Positions 1 through 13,667 of a stretch of DNA of 64,000 nt are shown here, piece by piece. This DNA comes from Octopus vulgaris. Lineage: Eukaryota. The stretch is from contig OX597818.1 of NCBI GenBank assembly GCA_951406725.2, forward strand, positions 75,454,001 to 75,518,000, read 5' to 3'. Within the stretch, counting starts at the first letter, position 1. Each line of letters begins with the position of its first letter. A program made the translations under genes and the position numbers. The notes below the pieces were generated by a model, which was not told the origin of the DNA, made no database searches, and saw only the letters and a program-made list of their open reading frames with translations.

Positions 1-139
1 TAAATGGCAGCACCTCAGGTGACGTATATTAAACCTTCCTACGCATATTCCTCACCTCCTACATTTAAATATAATATACATATGCATGTGTGCAGGTACA
101 CATATACGTATATATGTATGAATATACATGTCTTTGTGA

Positions 140-210
<71 letters not shown>

Positions 211-818
211 CGTGTGCGTGTGTGTGTGTATTTACGACTGTGGAAGTGTAATTCTAGTCATTTAATGAAGCAAAAATTGTCCGTTCAAACCAAAACCACT
301 GATTCGTGAATTTGAAATTAAATGTATTTCATGACACGTCAAAACTTTTTCGTCTCAAAACTACGACAGAGTCATTGACACAGTTCCACTACAAACAACG
401 AAATAGATTTAAGTGAAATTAACAGCTTTATGCGTTATTAAGTTGATGAAGATGGTCTTACATGATGCAGCTGTTTTAGTTTGAAAGTACAGCTTCAGTT
501 GCAGTCACCTGCTAGTTAAGAATAACCCTGAATACGCGCGCGTGCAAGCACATGCACGCACACACACACACACACACAAACACACACATATAATAATAAA
601 CAGGAAATGAAAGCATAATTTGAGTATTACTATAGGCGTTTCATTGGCAAATATATTATTAACACATTGCGTCGTACAAACTGTCATGCAATAACATGCG
701 AGGTTATATAAGATTATGCAAACAAGTTGTTTATGCAAAGTTACCACATCGTCAGGTATATATATATAAATTCTAATGGAATATTTACCTGACGATGTGG
801 CAATGTTACGCAAAACCT

Positions 819-852
<34 letters not shown>

Positions 853-856
<4 letters not shown>

Positions 857-1048
857 AATGTGACCCTGTGTGTACTGTTGGCGATTTTTTTCCTCCGTCT
901 TCCCTTCTTTGGATCTTTCCTTTTCCTATGTTTCTGACGAAGAGCTCCGCTCGAAACGTTAAACTCTCCTTCTTTCCTTCTTTCCTAAGCATCCAATAAT
1001 ACTATACTTGTTCCACGTCCTCGCGTTGTTGTGTTTTCTTGTTTGGAT

Positions 1049-1052
<4 letters not shown>
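853..1052 (+). mobile_element. Short PLE pseudo-LTR / retrozyme-like element carrying a hammerhead motif, flanked on both sides by (TA)n
   Basis: ~200-bp unique module between TA tracts. A second copy at ~37530-37666 shares the sequence from ATGTTTCTGACGAAGAGC to TTTGGATTAAC(TA)n. Confidence 0.7.
930..964 (+). ncRNA. Minimal type I hammerhead ribozyme motif
   Basis: GUUU-CUGACGA-a-GAGC(ucc)GCUC-GAA-ACGU-U^-AAAC. Conserved CUGANGA and GAAA boxes, 4-bp stem II, loopless palindromic stem III (ACGU), stem I GUUU/AAAC. Confidence 0.75.
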
Positions 1053-1132
<80 letters not shown>

Positions 1133-1133
1133 T

Positions 1134-1356
1134 TGTTTCTGTAGAATTTTATTTAATTTAGTCGTAAAAGATTACATCATAATATACAGTCCACCCACAT
1201 CAGGTAAAGTTTTAAAAAAGTAAATATTTTTTATATGTTGGCTATGTCCCAGTCAAATGCATAAAATCTGACTTTTTTAAACTGTACCTGATGATAGAGA
1301 TTATATTTTATGATGTAATCTGTTATGACTACCTTAAATAAAATTCTACAGAAACA
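1134..1356. repeat. Fold-back (MITE-like or inverted pLTR) element in (TA)n
   Basis: 23-bp perfect terminal IR TGTTTCTGTAGAATTTTATTTAA / TTAAATAAAATTCTACAGAAACA. Imperfect pairing continues for ~85 bp. Both flanks are TA tracts. Confidence 0.8.
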
Positions 1357-1380
1357 CCCTATATATATCGATATATATAT

Positions 1381-1420
<40 letters not shown>

Positions 1421-1680
1421 CGATATATATATATATGAATAGCCTTCGCGTAAACCAGTGGTTCGTTTTGTTCTCTTACTTTATTATCATCTTATAATCA
1501 TCTCATAATAATGACTTTTATGACTCGTATTACTACCTCAGTCAATCTAAATGTATATATTTGTCACTACCTGTCATAAATAGCCTTTTTTCTATTTGCA
1601 ATATGCATTTTCGTTGATTTTTCATATTTTACCCTTACATTTCCACGTGTATTTTATATTTTCTTTTCGTAACTTATTTC

Positions 1681-1717
<37 letters not shown>

Positions 1718-1924
1718 TCCATATGTTAGAAAGAAGCATACTTAATATGAACAATACAACAGTTACGTTTTTATATATAGCCGAGTAGTATATTAGGTAT
1801 ACTAACCATTCAAACATACTGACCAAAGAGTCGTCAATAAGCGCAAAAGTTATCGCGAAACTGATGGTAACATTGTGCCCAGTTATTGCCATATACAGTA
1901 ATATACTGCTCGACATTATATATA

Positions 1925-2140
<216 letters not shown>

Positions 2141-2315
2141 ATATATATACATAAAAGTAAATAAATGGCACAACGAAGCACCGATATTTACTGGAAAATA
2201 GCGAGGTAAAATTATACATAAAAGTTGTGCCATTTATTTACTTTTATGTATAATTTTACCCTCACGGGCTATCCTTTACTGGAAAGCAATACTCTCGTAT
2301 TACATTACTATTTTC

Positions 2316-2412
<97 letters not shown>

Positions 2413-3015
2413 GATAAGTGCACAGAGTAAGTGAATCCAAATAAAGGTGTGTGCATTCAATTTTACTTTTGACATGCTCTTGTACACCAATGAAAACCAT
2501 TCACTGCAAGATTGTTTGTAATGAAGAAAATATCTTCTTTTTAGACACACAAAATCTTTTAAAAAGAATTTTATCTCAGAGACAACATACCGCAGTGAAT
2601 GCCTTTCATGTTGTAGTGTACAAGAGCCGGTTAAAAATCAATATACAGGTCCCTATTAAATGCGTAGACATATGCACACACACAAACACACATGCATATA
2701 CATATATATACTCACGCATACACATTTATGTATATATATATGCGTGTATGTATGTGTTTATGTATGTACATATAAGTTGTATGTCTGTATTTGTGTGTGT
2801 GTTTGTGTATATATGCTTGTAAACCCGGAACGATATATGTGTGTCTGTGTGTGTAGTTCTGGGTTCAGTCTCACTGCGTGGCACCTTGGGCCGACCTAAA
2901 CTTTGTGATTCGATTTGGGTAGACGGAAACTGGAAGTCGGTCATATCTATCTATCGATCTATCTATGTATATATATATAAATATGTGTGTGTATGTATGT
3001 ATGTCTGTATATATG

Positions 3016-3049
<34 letters not shown>

Positions 3050-3052
<3 letters not shown>

Positions 3053-3270
3053 CTTTACTACCCACAAGGGGCTAAACATAGAGGGGACAAACAAGGACAG
3101 ACAAACCGATTAAGTCGATTACACCGACCCCAGTGAGTAACTGGTACTTAATTTATCGACCCCGAAGGGATGAAAGGCAAAGTCGACCTCGGCGGAATTT
3201 GTACCCAGAACGTACCGACAGACGAAATACCGCTGAGCATTTCGCCCGGCGTGCTAACGTTTCTGCCAGC
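3050..3270 (-). mobile_element. tRNA-derived SINE, family B (GTCGACTTTGCCTTTCATCC core)
   Basis: Reverse complement matches the copy at 44039-44270, including the CCCCTTGTGGGTA(G/A)TAAAGAAAT tail. Confidence 0.85.
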
Positions 3271-3277
3271 TATGCAT

Positions 3278-3860
3278 ATATGGGTAGGACGTCACCAACA
3301 GTGCAAATAACATGAAATACGCAAACAAACGAGTTAAATACGTAAACAATGTGAAAAATGGAGAACAAGACAAGTAAACACAGAAAAAGGACCCCTCATC
3401 AGTTGTCGACTGTCTGTCTGCTCCTCATTTCGAGCATTCAATGACAACTACTCCCATAAATTCTAAAATAAAATTTAGGATTTATGAAGGGTCAAATTTG
3501 GGAACAAAAGTATGACAGTGGAGACATACAAGAAAACCGAGCGAAACCTGGAGGGTCGTTAGACCAGAACGAGAAGAAAATAGTGAACGCCGAGAGAAAC
3601 ATTTTTTTGAAAAGAGAAAGGATAGAAGAGAGAAAAAATACATCCGTTTCTTTGAACGTCCGTGCAAGAAAAGAAAGATGGTCCCGTGAGGGAAAAAGAG
3701 GGACATTGGTCACGTGTAAGCAACGTGAGAAAGAGAGAGAGAAAGAGAAAGGGAGGAGAGAGACAGATAGAAAATGGTGAAGGAAGGAGACGAGAAAAGG
3801 GAATTAATGAAGGATAGAGGAGGAAAACAGTTTAGAGTAGAGTCGCATCAAAAAAAGTGA
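3278..3860. repeat. Interspersed repeat, probably PLE-derived, with a second partial copy at ~4112-4208
   Basis: TATGGGTA..GTCACCAAC(A/G)GTGCAAATAACATGAAAT..AAACAAACGAG is shared by 3278 and 4112. Both copies adjoin TA-rich microsatellites. Confidence 0.5.
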
Positions 3861-3929
3861 AGATAGACTTACTTGGAAATGGAAGCGTCGCATTCAATTA
3901 AATAATAAATACTATATAATATTATATTA

Positions 3930-4041
<112 letters not shown>

Positions 4042-4206
4042 TTATATTTATATTTATATTTATATTTATATTTATATTTATATATATATATAATATCTAC
4101 GTATACATACATATATGGGTACAGGGTGTCACCAACGGTGCAAATAACATGAAATCCGTAAACAAACGAGTCAAATACGTAAGTAACGAGAGAAAAAGAA
4201 ACAGGA

Positions 4207-4207
<1 letters not shown>

Positions 4208-4286
<79 letters not shown>

Positions 4287-4390
4287 TTCAGCATTTGATA
4301 GATTCAAGCAAATTTCTGCTGCATAACTTGCTACACCTCCGTGTTGTTGGGGTGTGTGCAACATTGTGTGTTCTTTATTGTTGTTGCTAC

Positions 4391-4450
<60 letters not shown>

Positions 4451-4496
4451 CATCATCATCATCATCATCGTCGTCGTCGTCGTCGTCTTGTTATTG

Positions 4497-4558
<62 letters not shown>

Positions 4559-4560
4559 TT
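4208..4560 (+). repeat. Compound trinucleotide microsatellites (GTA)n/(ATT)n/(CAT)n/(CGT)n
   Basis: Direct inspection. Confidence 0.95.
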
Positions 4561-4924
4561 CACATTCCTTCTCCGAGTGCATTATTCCGCTGATGTCCTC
4601 TGTAGAGCATTTACTATATTCTCTAAGTAAAAACTTTGGGTCGTACTTTAAAAAAATGCACAAAATTGACAGAAATAAACATTGACAAAGGATTAGCTTC
4701 ATGGTTTGTGAAAACAGAACAACATGTCGTTAGCTACTAATCGTGTTGTTATATGTAAAAATAGTTTCAGAAACACTTTGGGTGGTGTGGTCGGCAGCAT
4801 TTGTTGTTCATTTGGCGAATAAAAAATACTTCTGTCCTCGACATTGCACAGATATAAACAGAGTCACCTGCATACAAATATTGATATGAATATGTATGTG
4901 TGGATATTCATTTAATATCATGTG

Positions 4925-5618
<694 letters not shown>

Positions 5619-5631
5619 ATCATTATTATTA

Positions 5632-6387
5632 TTATTGTGTCTGGGGAGAGTCATTCTCTTTTAGTACCTTATTAATTTAACACACTCACTGGTCTGATTT
5701 CCACTCATTTAGTTATTATTTTTTACTAAAATTTTCGTTGCGACTTGCAACCTTTTCAAAAGTCGTTGATTCTGTCCATTATCGGAATTGCGTCTTTTTT
5801 TTGTACGCATGTGTGTGCGTCAGTGTGCGTGCGCATACATATATGTATGTATGTGTGTATGTATGTACGTGTGTATGCATGTATGTGTGCATACATGTAT
5901 ATATTATGCACGTGTGCACATTTGTATGTATGTGCTCTGCGTGTATGTTTGTATGCATTATGGTGTGTGTGTGTATGCATATATACACTGTGTGCACGTT
6001 TGTAAGTATGCATGCCTTCTGCATATCCATGTGCTTGTGTGTTCATGTTTGTGTGTTTATGTGTTTGTGTTTGTGTGTTTGTATGTGTGTGTGTCTGTAT
6101 ATGTGTGTGTATTTATGCGTGTACCTCTGTCTCCTTATGTGTGCATGTTTGAGCGTGTCTGTGTATCGGTTTATGTGACTATGTATGTGCGTCTGTTATG
6201 TATCGATGTGTGCCTTCATACGTGTCCTTGTGCAGAGTGTGCGTGTGTGTATATAGTTATGTGCTTCAGTCTTTATTTGTATGTATGTGTATGTGTACTC
6301 GTCTGTCCATATTACCTATGTACCTATCTATCTCTATATATCTATCTGTCCATATACGTATCCACATATATATACACACATACATAT

Positions 6388-6456
<69 letters not shown>

Positions 6457-7342
6457 CACACGCCCACATAACGGCCTACTACAACACGTCTGTCAATTTA
6501 TAAACTGTAAGTGTTGGGGTATGACGCCTTGTATTTATATTTCCTATTTAGTACTGGAGATGTATACAGGGGTGCTAGAAAGAAGTTAGAGAGCATTATA
6601 GGTAATGAAACATATGGTACCTGCCCTAGATATAGAAGTAAAGACTGGAATAGGATACAAAGAGTTTGTAACAAAGAGAACAGGGTGAAAACGTGGTACA
6701 AGACCGACAAATATCAAGGAGTGATGTATGTACAGGCCACAGCCTATGGAGAACTAGCCCGTAGATATAGGAAAGCTCTAAAGGAGACTAAACTCAACTT
6801 TAAGATCGCTGAAAAGCCAGGGAGTTCCATTAGACCACAACTGTGCAGGACGTATCCCTCTGAGAATACCACATGCACCAATGATAACTAGAAGTGTAAT
6901 CTATAGCAATAGGTGCATAGAGGGTGCTTATAAAGACAAGAACATGATATACATAGGTGAGACATCTAGGAGCATTGTGGTGAGACTAAGTGACTATCTA
7001 AGACAATATGACGTCAAAAAACAATCCTCCATATTCTGCCAACAAACCAAAAACCAAAATTGAGGCACACTGGGTCAACTTGACATCTGCATTTTATTCA
7101 AGCACCTGAAGGAGCCGACACTCAGACAAGTACCAGAGTATGTCCTCATTAATGAAATATCTCCAGTACTAAATAGGAAATATACATAGAAGGCGTCATA
7201 CCACAATACCCACAGTTTATATATACGCAGTGTTGTTAGTGGGCCGTTATGTAGGCGTGTGTGTGTCTGGGTGTGCCTGTGTGTATGTATAAATATATAT
7301 ACTTGGAAATGCATGCGTGGTGTTCAATTAAATAATAATATA

Positions 7343-7425
<83 letters not shown>

Positions 7426-7513
7426 TATATATGTATGTATATGTATATATATGTGGATACGTATCTGCACAGATAGACATACAGATAGGTACATAGGTAA
7501 TATGGACAGACAG

Positions 7514-7570
<57 letters not shown>

Positions 7571-7783
7571 TGCATACATACATACATACATATGTGTATG
7601 CGGTCGCACACTGACGCACACGCATGTGTAAAAAAAAGAGAAAGCGAAATTCCGATAACGGACAGAATCAACGACTATTGAAAAGGTTGCAAGTCGCAAA
7701 ATAGGTAAATGAGTGGAAATCAGACTGATGAGTGTGTTAAATTAATAAGTCACTAAAGGAGAATGACTCTTCAGACACAATAA
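5632..7783 (+). mobile_element. 5'-truncated Penelope-like element with an inverted pseudo-LTR at the 5' end
   Basis: Left arm 5632-6561 is the reverse complement of right arm 7159-7783. Between them lies a decayed GIY-YIG coding segment whose last codons (EISPVLNRKY) fall inside the repeated arm. Confidence 0.85.
6566..7187 (+). pseudogene. Penelope-like ORF C-terminus (linker + GIY-YIG endonuclease), frameshifted
   Basis: VMYVQATAYGELA...AEKPGSSIRPQL, then VIYSNRCIEG..MIYIGETSRSIVVRL (GIY-YIG) and LRQVPEYVLINEISPVLNRK across frames. Confidence 0.85.
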
Positions 7784-7840
7784 AATATGTTTCAACACAT
7801 GAATTCACAAAAAGAATATTGCAAGCCACATACAAAAACG

Positions 7841-7919
<79 letters not shown>

Positions 7920-7987
7920 ATACATATACATGCACACACACGCCCTTATATATTTTGTTTTCATAATAATTTTATAAGGAAAAATTT

Positions 7988-8025
7988 GACTATGACTTCG
8001 AAGTTTCGACTTTCGTCAAACAGTC
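7988..8025 (-). ncRNA. Minimal hammerhead-like motif with one core substitution
   Basis: Minus strand GACUGU-UUGACGA-AAGUC-GAA-ACUUCGAAGU-C^-AUAGUC. 6-bp stem I, palindromic stem III, GUC site, C3 replaced by U, stem II vestigial. Confidence 0.55.
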
Positions 8026-8249
8026 TCACAAATGATGACGACTAAACCAAATTTTTAAAGTTTTAAAGTCACACCCAACTCTTTTTCTTTTTTTCTTTTT
8101 TTTTTTCTTTTGCTTTTATGGATGGGGATTGTAATAGCAAAATACATATACAAAAGGTAGAACACATGCTGAGTATGTCAGACATACCTCTGACTTTACA
8201 TGTCTACCCTAATGCATAGGTCAAAGAAATACATAAGTGACAGAATCAT

Positions 8250-8700
8250 CGGAAATGACACAGATCCATTGCTAGCAGTGACGTATGAATTTGCAATATG
8301 AAAGTGTAATCAAAATAGGGATAACAGGTGATATGTGGTCAGGGGACGCCAGAATGGATTTGCAAGTTCAAGAGACACTCAGCAGTCATAGAGTCATGCT
8401 TGAACTGTTCCCAGTGGAAGGTGCCAAGACAAAGAGCACGAGATGAACGATAAAGACCAAAACATCGAATCGCTACTTTTGTCAGAGTAAAGCTAACATT
8501 AAGGCTGAATGCTCGGAAGAACTGGAAATATTAAGCAAAAAATGAGAAAAACGAAAATATGGAAGATCCACTAACACTAAAAGACCTCCAGTTTCCAGAG
8601 CACCGCCTACCAAAACTCTGGGGGTGGTACATGAATGCCTTTCTGCCCACTTCAGGAAATAGATAAATCCTTTATCCCGTAACAATGCCAACATGTAGTA
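8250..8700 (+). pseudogene. Possible decayed LINE ORF1 (gag-like zinc knuckle) relic
   Basis: 8471-8512 reads RYFCQSKANIKAEC, resembling a degenerate CX2CX4HX4C. The rest is not convincingly alignable by eye. Confidence 0.3.
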
Positions 8701-9420
8701 CTACACTATCATTGTGTGGCGAAGAGAAATAATACTTGCAAACGGAAATCGAGTAATTGTCGGCGAAAATACTAAAGAAAAAAGGGAGAAACTACAGCAA
8801 AGGATATTCAACATATACCAACAAAAATGGGTGAGACGGAAACTTTTATTCAAAGCGATGTAGACACTCCTGTCCAAGGAAAATAGAATAAAATGAAGAG
8901 GATATAAATGAACGAAGCTTTGCTGCTCTTCAAAATTGAAAGAAATAGTTCATAGACAAAATTACGCATCCCTGGTGTTACAAACCTACCGAAGGGTCTT
9001 ATGACACAAAAATAAATTCAAAACATAAACATGCAAAAAATAAACTAATGAAACTAAGATCAATGAGTTATACTGAAATTAAAAGAGAATACCTTCGAAA
9101 CGTTGGATTTTTTGACACCAAATGGCTCAAATGATGTTTACCGGAGCATTTGGTTGCATTATACGCAGTTTGAGAATCGGTTAAACGAATAGGACAGAGA
9201 GCCCCAAATCAACCTATCTGTATCCTTTCATATATTATTTTCTTTTCTTTATATCTTGCTTATATTATTGCATGTTTTAGTGTACTTTCTTATTTCTGTG
9301 CATAAATGTGTATGTACGATTGGATGCTGAAAACTTCCTGGCTTTGTGGAAAAGAAAATACAGGAGGATCAGGTAATTATGATTTGATTCAACATATTCC
9401 CCTCGTGAGTGTGTATATGC

Positions 9421-9508
<88 letters not shown>

Positions 9509-10525
9509 GCAGCTGCTCTATTCGTACATGATATATGAACTGTACTTTAATAAGAAATCTCACAAGTGCCTCCTACATGTTGGGAAAGGATTTTCTTCAT
9601 CCCGAAGACAAAGCCAAAAATCTGTATAGAAATGGTATGATATTGCTAAATAGCACCTACTTTCTCCTGACAAATGGTTTTGGATTTAGTGAAAAACAAA
9701 GTGTCAAATTTTGTTATTTTGTTTCATTTTGGTTCGTTTCGTTTTCTTTTCTATTGTTGGGTTTTTAATCTTTGTTTCTCTTGTTTTGTTTTCTTACTCG
9801 GACAAACTGTTCAAATGTTCTCTCAACTTCTTTTATCAACAAAAAGCTTCTGGGTGTCTTTACTCTTTGATGTTTTCATTCTCATTGCTGTCTCTTTCCC
9901 CTTTTTCTTGCTCTGGCTATAGATTTATGTTTTACTATTATATATCTGTGTATTTCTTTATTTTAGATGTTTATTTGGTATGCTTTTTTTCCAACTTTTT
10001 GCTTGGTTATGTTTGGTTCTCAAGCTGACATGTGTTAACTCTTTTAGCATTTCAACAGTAATACCAAAGATAATCTCGAAATAGGCTGAATGCACATGTC
10101 TATAAATTCATACGCATACATACATAGCCACATAAATACATACATACATACATACATACATGCGTACATACATAAATATAAACACATCCACACGTTAATG
10201 TGTCTGTGCGTGTGGTATGTGTTGTGTAGGTGTATGTTGTGTGTTGCGCTTGTGCATGTGTGTACAAGTGTATGTACGTGTGTCCGTGTGTGTGTATGTG
10301 TGTGTGTGCGTGTTTGTGTGTGTCACGATGAGTCCAGCTACTTGTTCATTTATATACGTATATACTGTACCTTAATGTATATACATGCACAATACAAGTG
10401 TACATATGCATTTAGTCATGTTTGCAAATTTACGTAAGTAGAAATACAAAAACAATCTAATAAAAATGTGTGACCAAATATATATAAATATATACATACA
10501 TATACACATATACATATATATGTGC

Positions 10526-10588
<63 letters not shown>

Positions 10589-11552
10589 TACATATATACA
10601 TATGTGTGTATACACATGTATATATACACAGACACAAACACACATACACGTATATATATATATATATATTGTATATATATGTGTGTGTATGTATATCTAT
10701 ACTTATAAATATATGTATATATGTGTGAATGTATGCATGTATATATAAGTATATGTATTTATGCTTATGTACGCATTTACATATGTAAATACATATATAT
10801 GTGTGTGTGCATATATGTGTGTGTGCATATATGTGTGTGTGCATATATGTGTGCGTATGTTTGTATGAATGTATATATGTATGCATGTATGTATTTATGT
10901 ATTATGTATACATGTATTACATATACGTATATTCTGTAGCTGTGGATATTTCTCCGACAAATATTCTATCTGTTAAGACAAGATTGACGTGAAAGCATTT
11001 CCGAAATCGGATTAACCCTCACCCCTACACCCACTATCCAAACAAGCAGATTATCCACCTAAAAGTTTTACCTAAATGTATGTTTATGTATGTCTATATA
11101 TATACACACACACACATATATATGTATATACACGTAAGTATGTGTTTGTTGCGTAAGTACCAACTAAACTTTTCCCCAGCTACATATTCAGTTTTCTTCA
11201 GATATTCTTTGTTGAATTGCTCTTGTTGTTGTTGTTGCTGCTTCTGCTGCTGTTGTTGTTGTTGTTGCCCTTTGTTTTTATTTTTTTCTGCTACCTAATG
11301 CTGTCGTATTACACCATATCACCAGAACCAGCTGCTTTGATCTCATATATATATGCATATATACATTATATATATAAACATATATACATACATATATATA
11401 AATATATATGTGTATGTGTGTATATATATATATATACATTATATATATAAACATATATATATAAATATATATGTGTATGTATATATATATATATATATAT
11501 ATACATTATATATATAAACATATATACATACATATATATAAATAGGTATGTG

Positions 11553-11616
<64 letters not shown>

Positions 11617-13285
11617 TGTATGTATGTATGTATGTATGTATGTATGTTCTAGGCATGCTACTTCTCATTACTCACGGTTTCATGCTCGATACAATCTTCC
11701 AGCGGAACAGACTCTGATAGATATAAGTCCTGTAGTCTGTTGTGGGACAGCAAGTTGGAGTCTTCTGATTGGTGACATCTGAGATAGCTGTTAATAACCG
11801 TCCGCCATCCTCTATGACTGCTGAATGTGAGACTCTAGCCTTTGTTAAAGAATATGTACAGTAACAGGAACTTCTGTGACTAAAACTACACCGGTAGGTG
11901 ACCCGGATTCGGTATACTTGGAAGGCACTCAGGGAAGGACAACTCGGAGCATAAACCATAACGCTTTTACTACAGAAATCAAGCATATCGCCTCAAAATT
12001 TTATTAGTCTTAACTGCATTAGTCTTATGTAAGAGTCTATCTTTCGTTGAGAAATGTCATGTTCGAAACTATATTTTGTTAAGAAATTTTGAGTATATAG
12101 AGACAACGTACGAATTTTGATAGATATTTGACATAATTACTGGAATTACCATGAAATTTAATTTCGCAGTTGAAGGGTTAAAGTATCACACCCTCTTTAC
12201 TTTGGGGGTAGAATAGCTTCGATAACGTCATTAAACGGTCCCAAAATTATTTTCAAACGAAAATTCAGAATTTAGAATGATAATACTGAAAATATCAAAT
12301 ATCAGCCAAAGCGCCACGCTTTAATGATAAAAGTTGTATAATGGAAAACAGGAGATAATAATATTATGCTGGAAATCTTTATTTCAATTGAAATGACCAT
12401 CAACATCAATAGCAACAACGAGATTACATTTTTTGCAAATGTTGTAGGTCACAGCCAGCTCTTCGTCGTAGGCCGAGAAAAAGGAGAGGAGAGTAAGCGA
12501 GAGATGTCACCAAAAACACTGCTTATTTTCTCAACAAAGTTATCTCGAAAAGGGAGAGCGAAAGATGACATGTTTTTGTTCTACTTTTGAAAAACTGAAA
12601 ATACTTGTATATGCCCTCGGAAGAGAAGTTTCAGGAAGCTCTGGGCGATGTGTGATAGTAATTTTGCTCCATCGACCGGAGCAGAACATATAAAAGCATG
12701 TGTCTGATCTTTAAGACAATATACTGGTGCTGCAATACATGAGGAAATACGACTAGAGATACTGAAATGGCATGGACCCTTGACTTTTGGAGCTCAGTTC
12801 GGGAGAGGGAGTCACCTGTTACAATGTGTGGTTCGGAATTTACATGATATTTATTTTTACCTTTTTTTATCTCTAAATGAAAATCTGAGTTGCTTTTCTT
12901 GTTTGTTTATTTCTTTTGTTGCGGTTGCTGTTATTTCTTTATTTTTAACATCATTTTCTTCCTATTATTTATCTTGTTTTTTGTTTTGTTTTGTTTGGGG
13001 GCGGGTGTCCAAAAAGTTTGTTAATTGTTATGATTTTAGAAAGTTTATCAATATTCTTGAACAGTTTATATAACTTCTTTCATTGATATTGGCTAGATAG
13101 CAAATACCTACCGAATGACAACCAGTAACTTGTAGCGGGCATTGTAGTGTAATGTTATTGTTCAATACAGCTTCTGGCCTTGTTGAGTTTTCATTCTTGG
13201 TTCAAATGATAACAAGAAGAGAAGAAAAATTGACAAAATATAGATTACGAGAACAGGAACTTATGTAGAGTGTGAGCCGTATTGT

Positions 13286-13619
13286 TGCCTCCTCCTTAGC
13301 GAAGGCGGTGGTATTGTTTTCAGTCGCGTTTGTTCATTTGTCCGTAGACAAAATATCTCAAGAACCGCTGGATGGATTCGGATAAAACTTTCAGGGATGT
13401 TTGGCCGCACGTCTGGTACCGGACAAGAATTCTGTACTATTTTTCTGGAGTCTTTTACTTAATTTTGGAGAGCGTGCAGGTTCATTTTTAGTATTCTCGT
13501 TTGTGAGAGCAGTCGAGTTTATTTCAGATATACTCATTTTAAAAATTATCTCCAGCTAATCGCTGAGAGGACGTTGGTGTTGCCTTGGCGGAGGTTTGCG
13601 TTCTCTGGGTGCTCTTGTT
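13286..13619 (+). mobile_element. Non-autonomous Helentron-type element (HINE/DINE-like)
   Basis: 5' CCTCCTCCTTAG..GAAGGCGGTGGTATTGTTTTC and 3' sub-TIR CCTTGGCGGAGG followed by a short hairpin GCGTTCTCTGGGTGC. Typical internal text AAAATATCTCAAGAACCGCTGGATGGATT..AAACTT. Confidence 0.65.
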
Positions 13620-13667
13620 CGGTATTATTTTCTAGATTTCACATATTCAGGCGAAGATGTTAAGCAG

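Noticed and set aside
1818-1872. CTGACCA...CGCGAAACTGATGGTA as a hammerhead
   Set aside because: G8 is missing and stems I and III are weak. Too degenerate to call.
7712-7775. CTGATGAGTG...CACTAAAG as a hammerhead in the PLE arm
   Set aside because: No GAAA box, no stem I pairing, and the inverted arm copy reads CCAGTGAG at the same position.
12366-12780. Host exon or LINE ORF1 zinc knuckle
   Set aside because: Only vague Cys spacing, with stops and frameshifts. Cannot be supported by eye.
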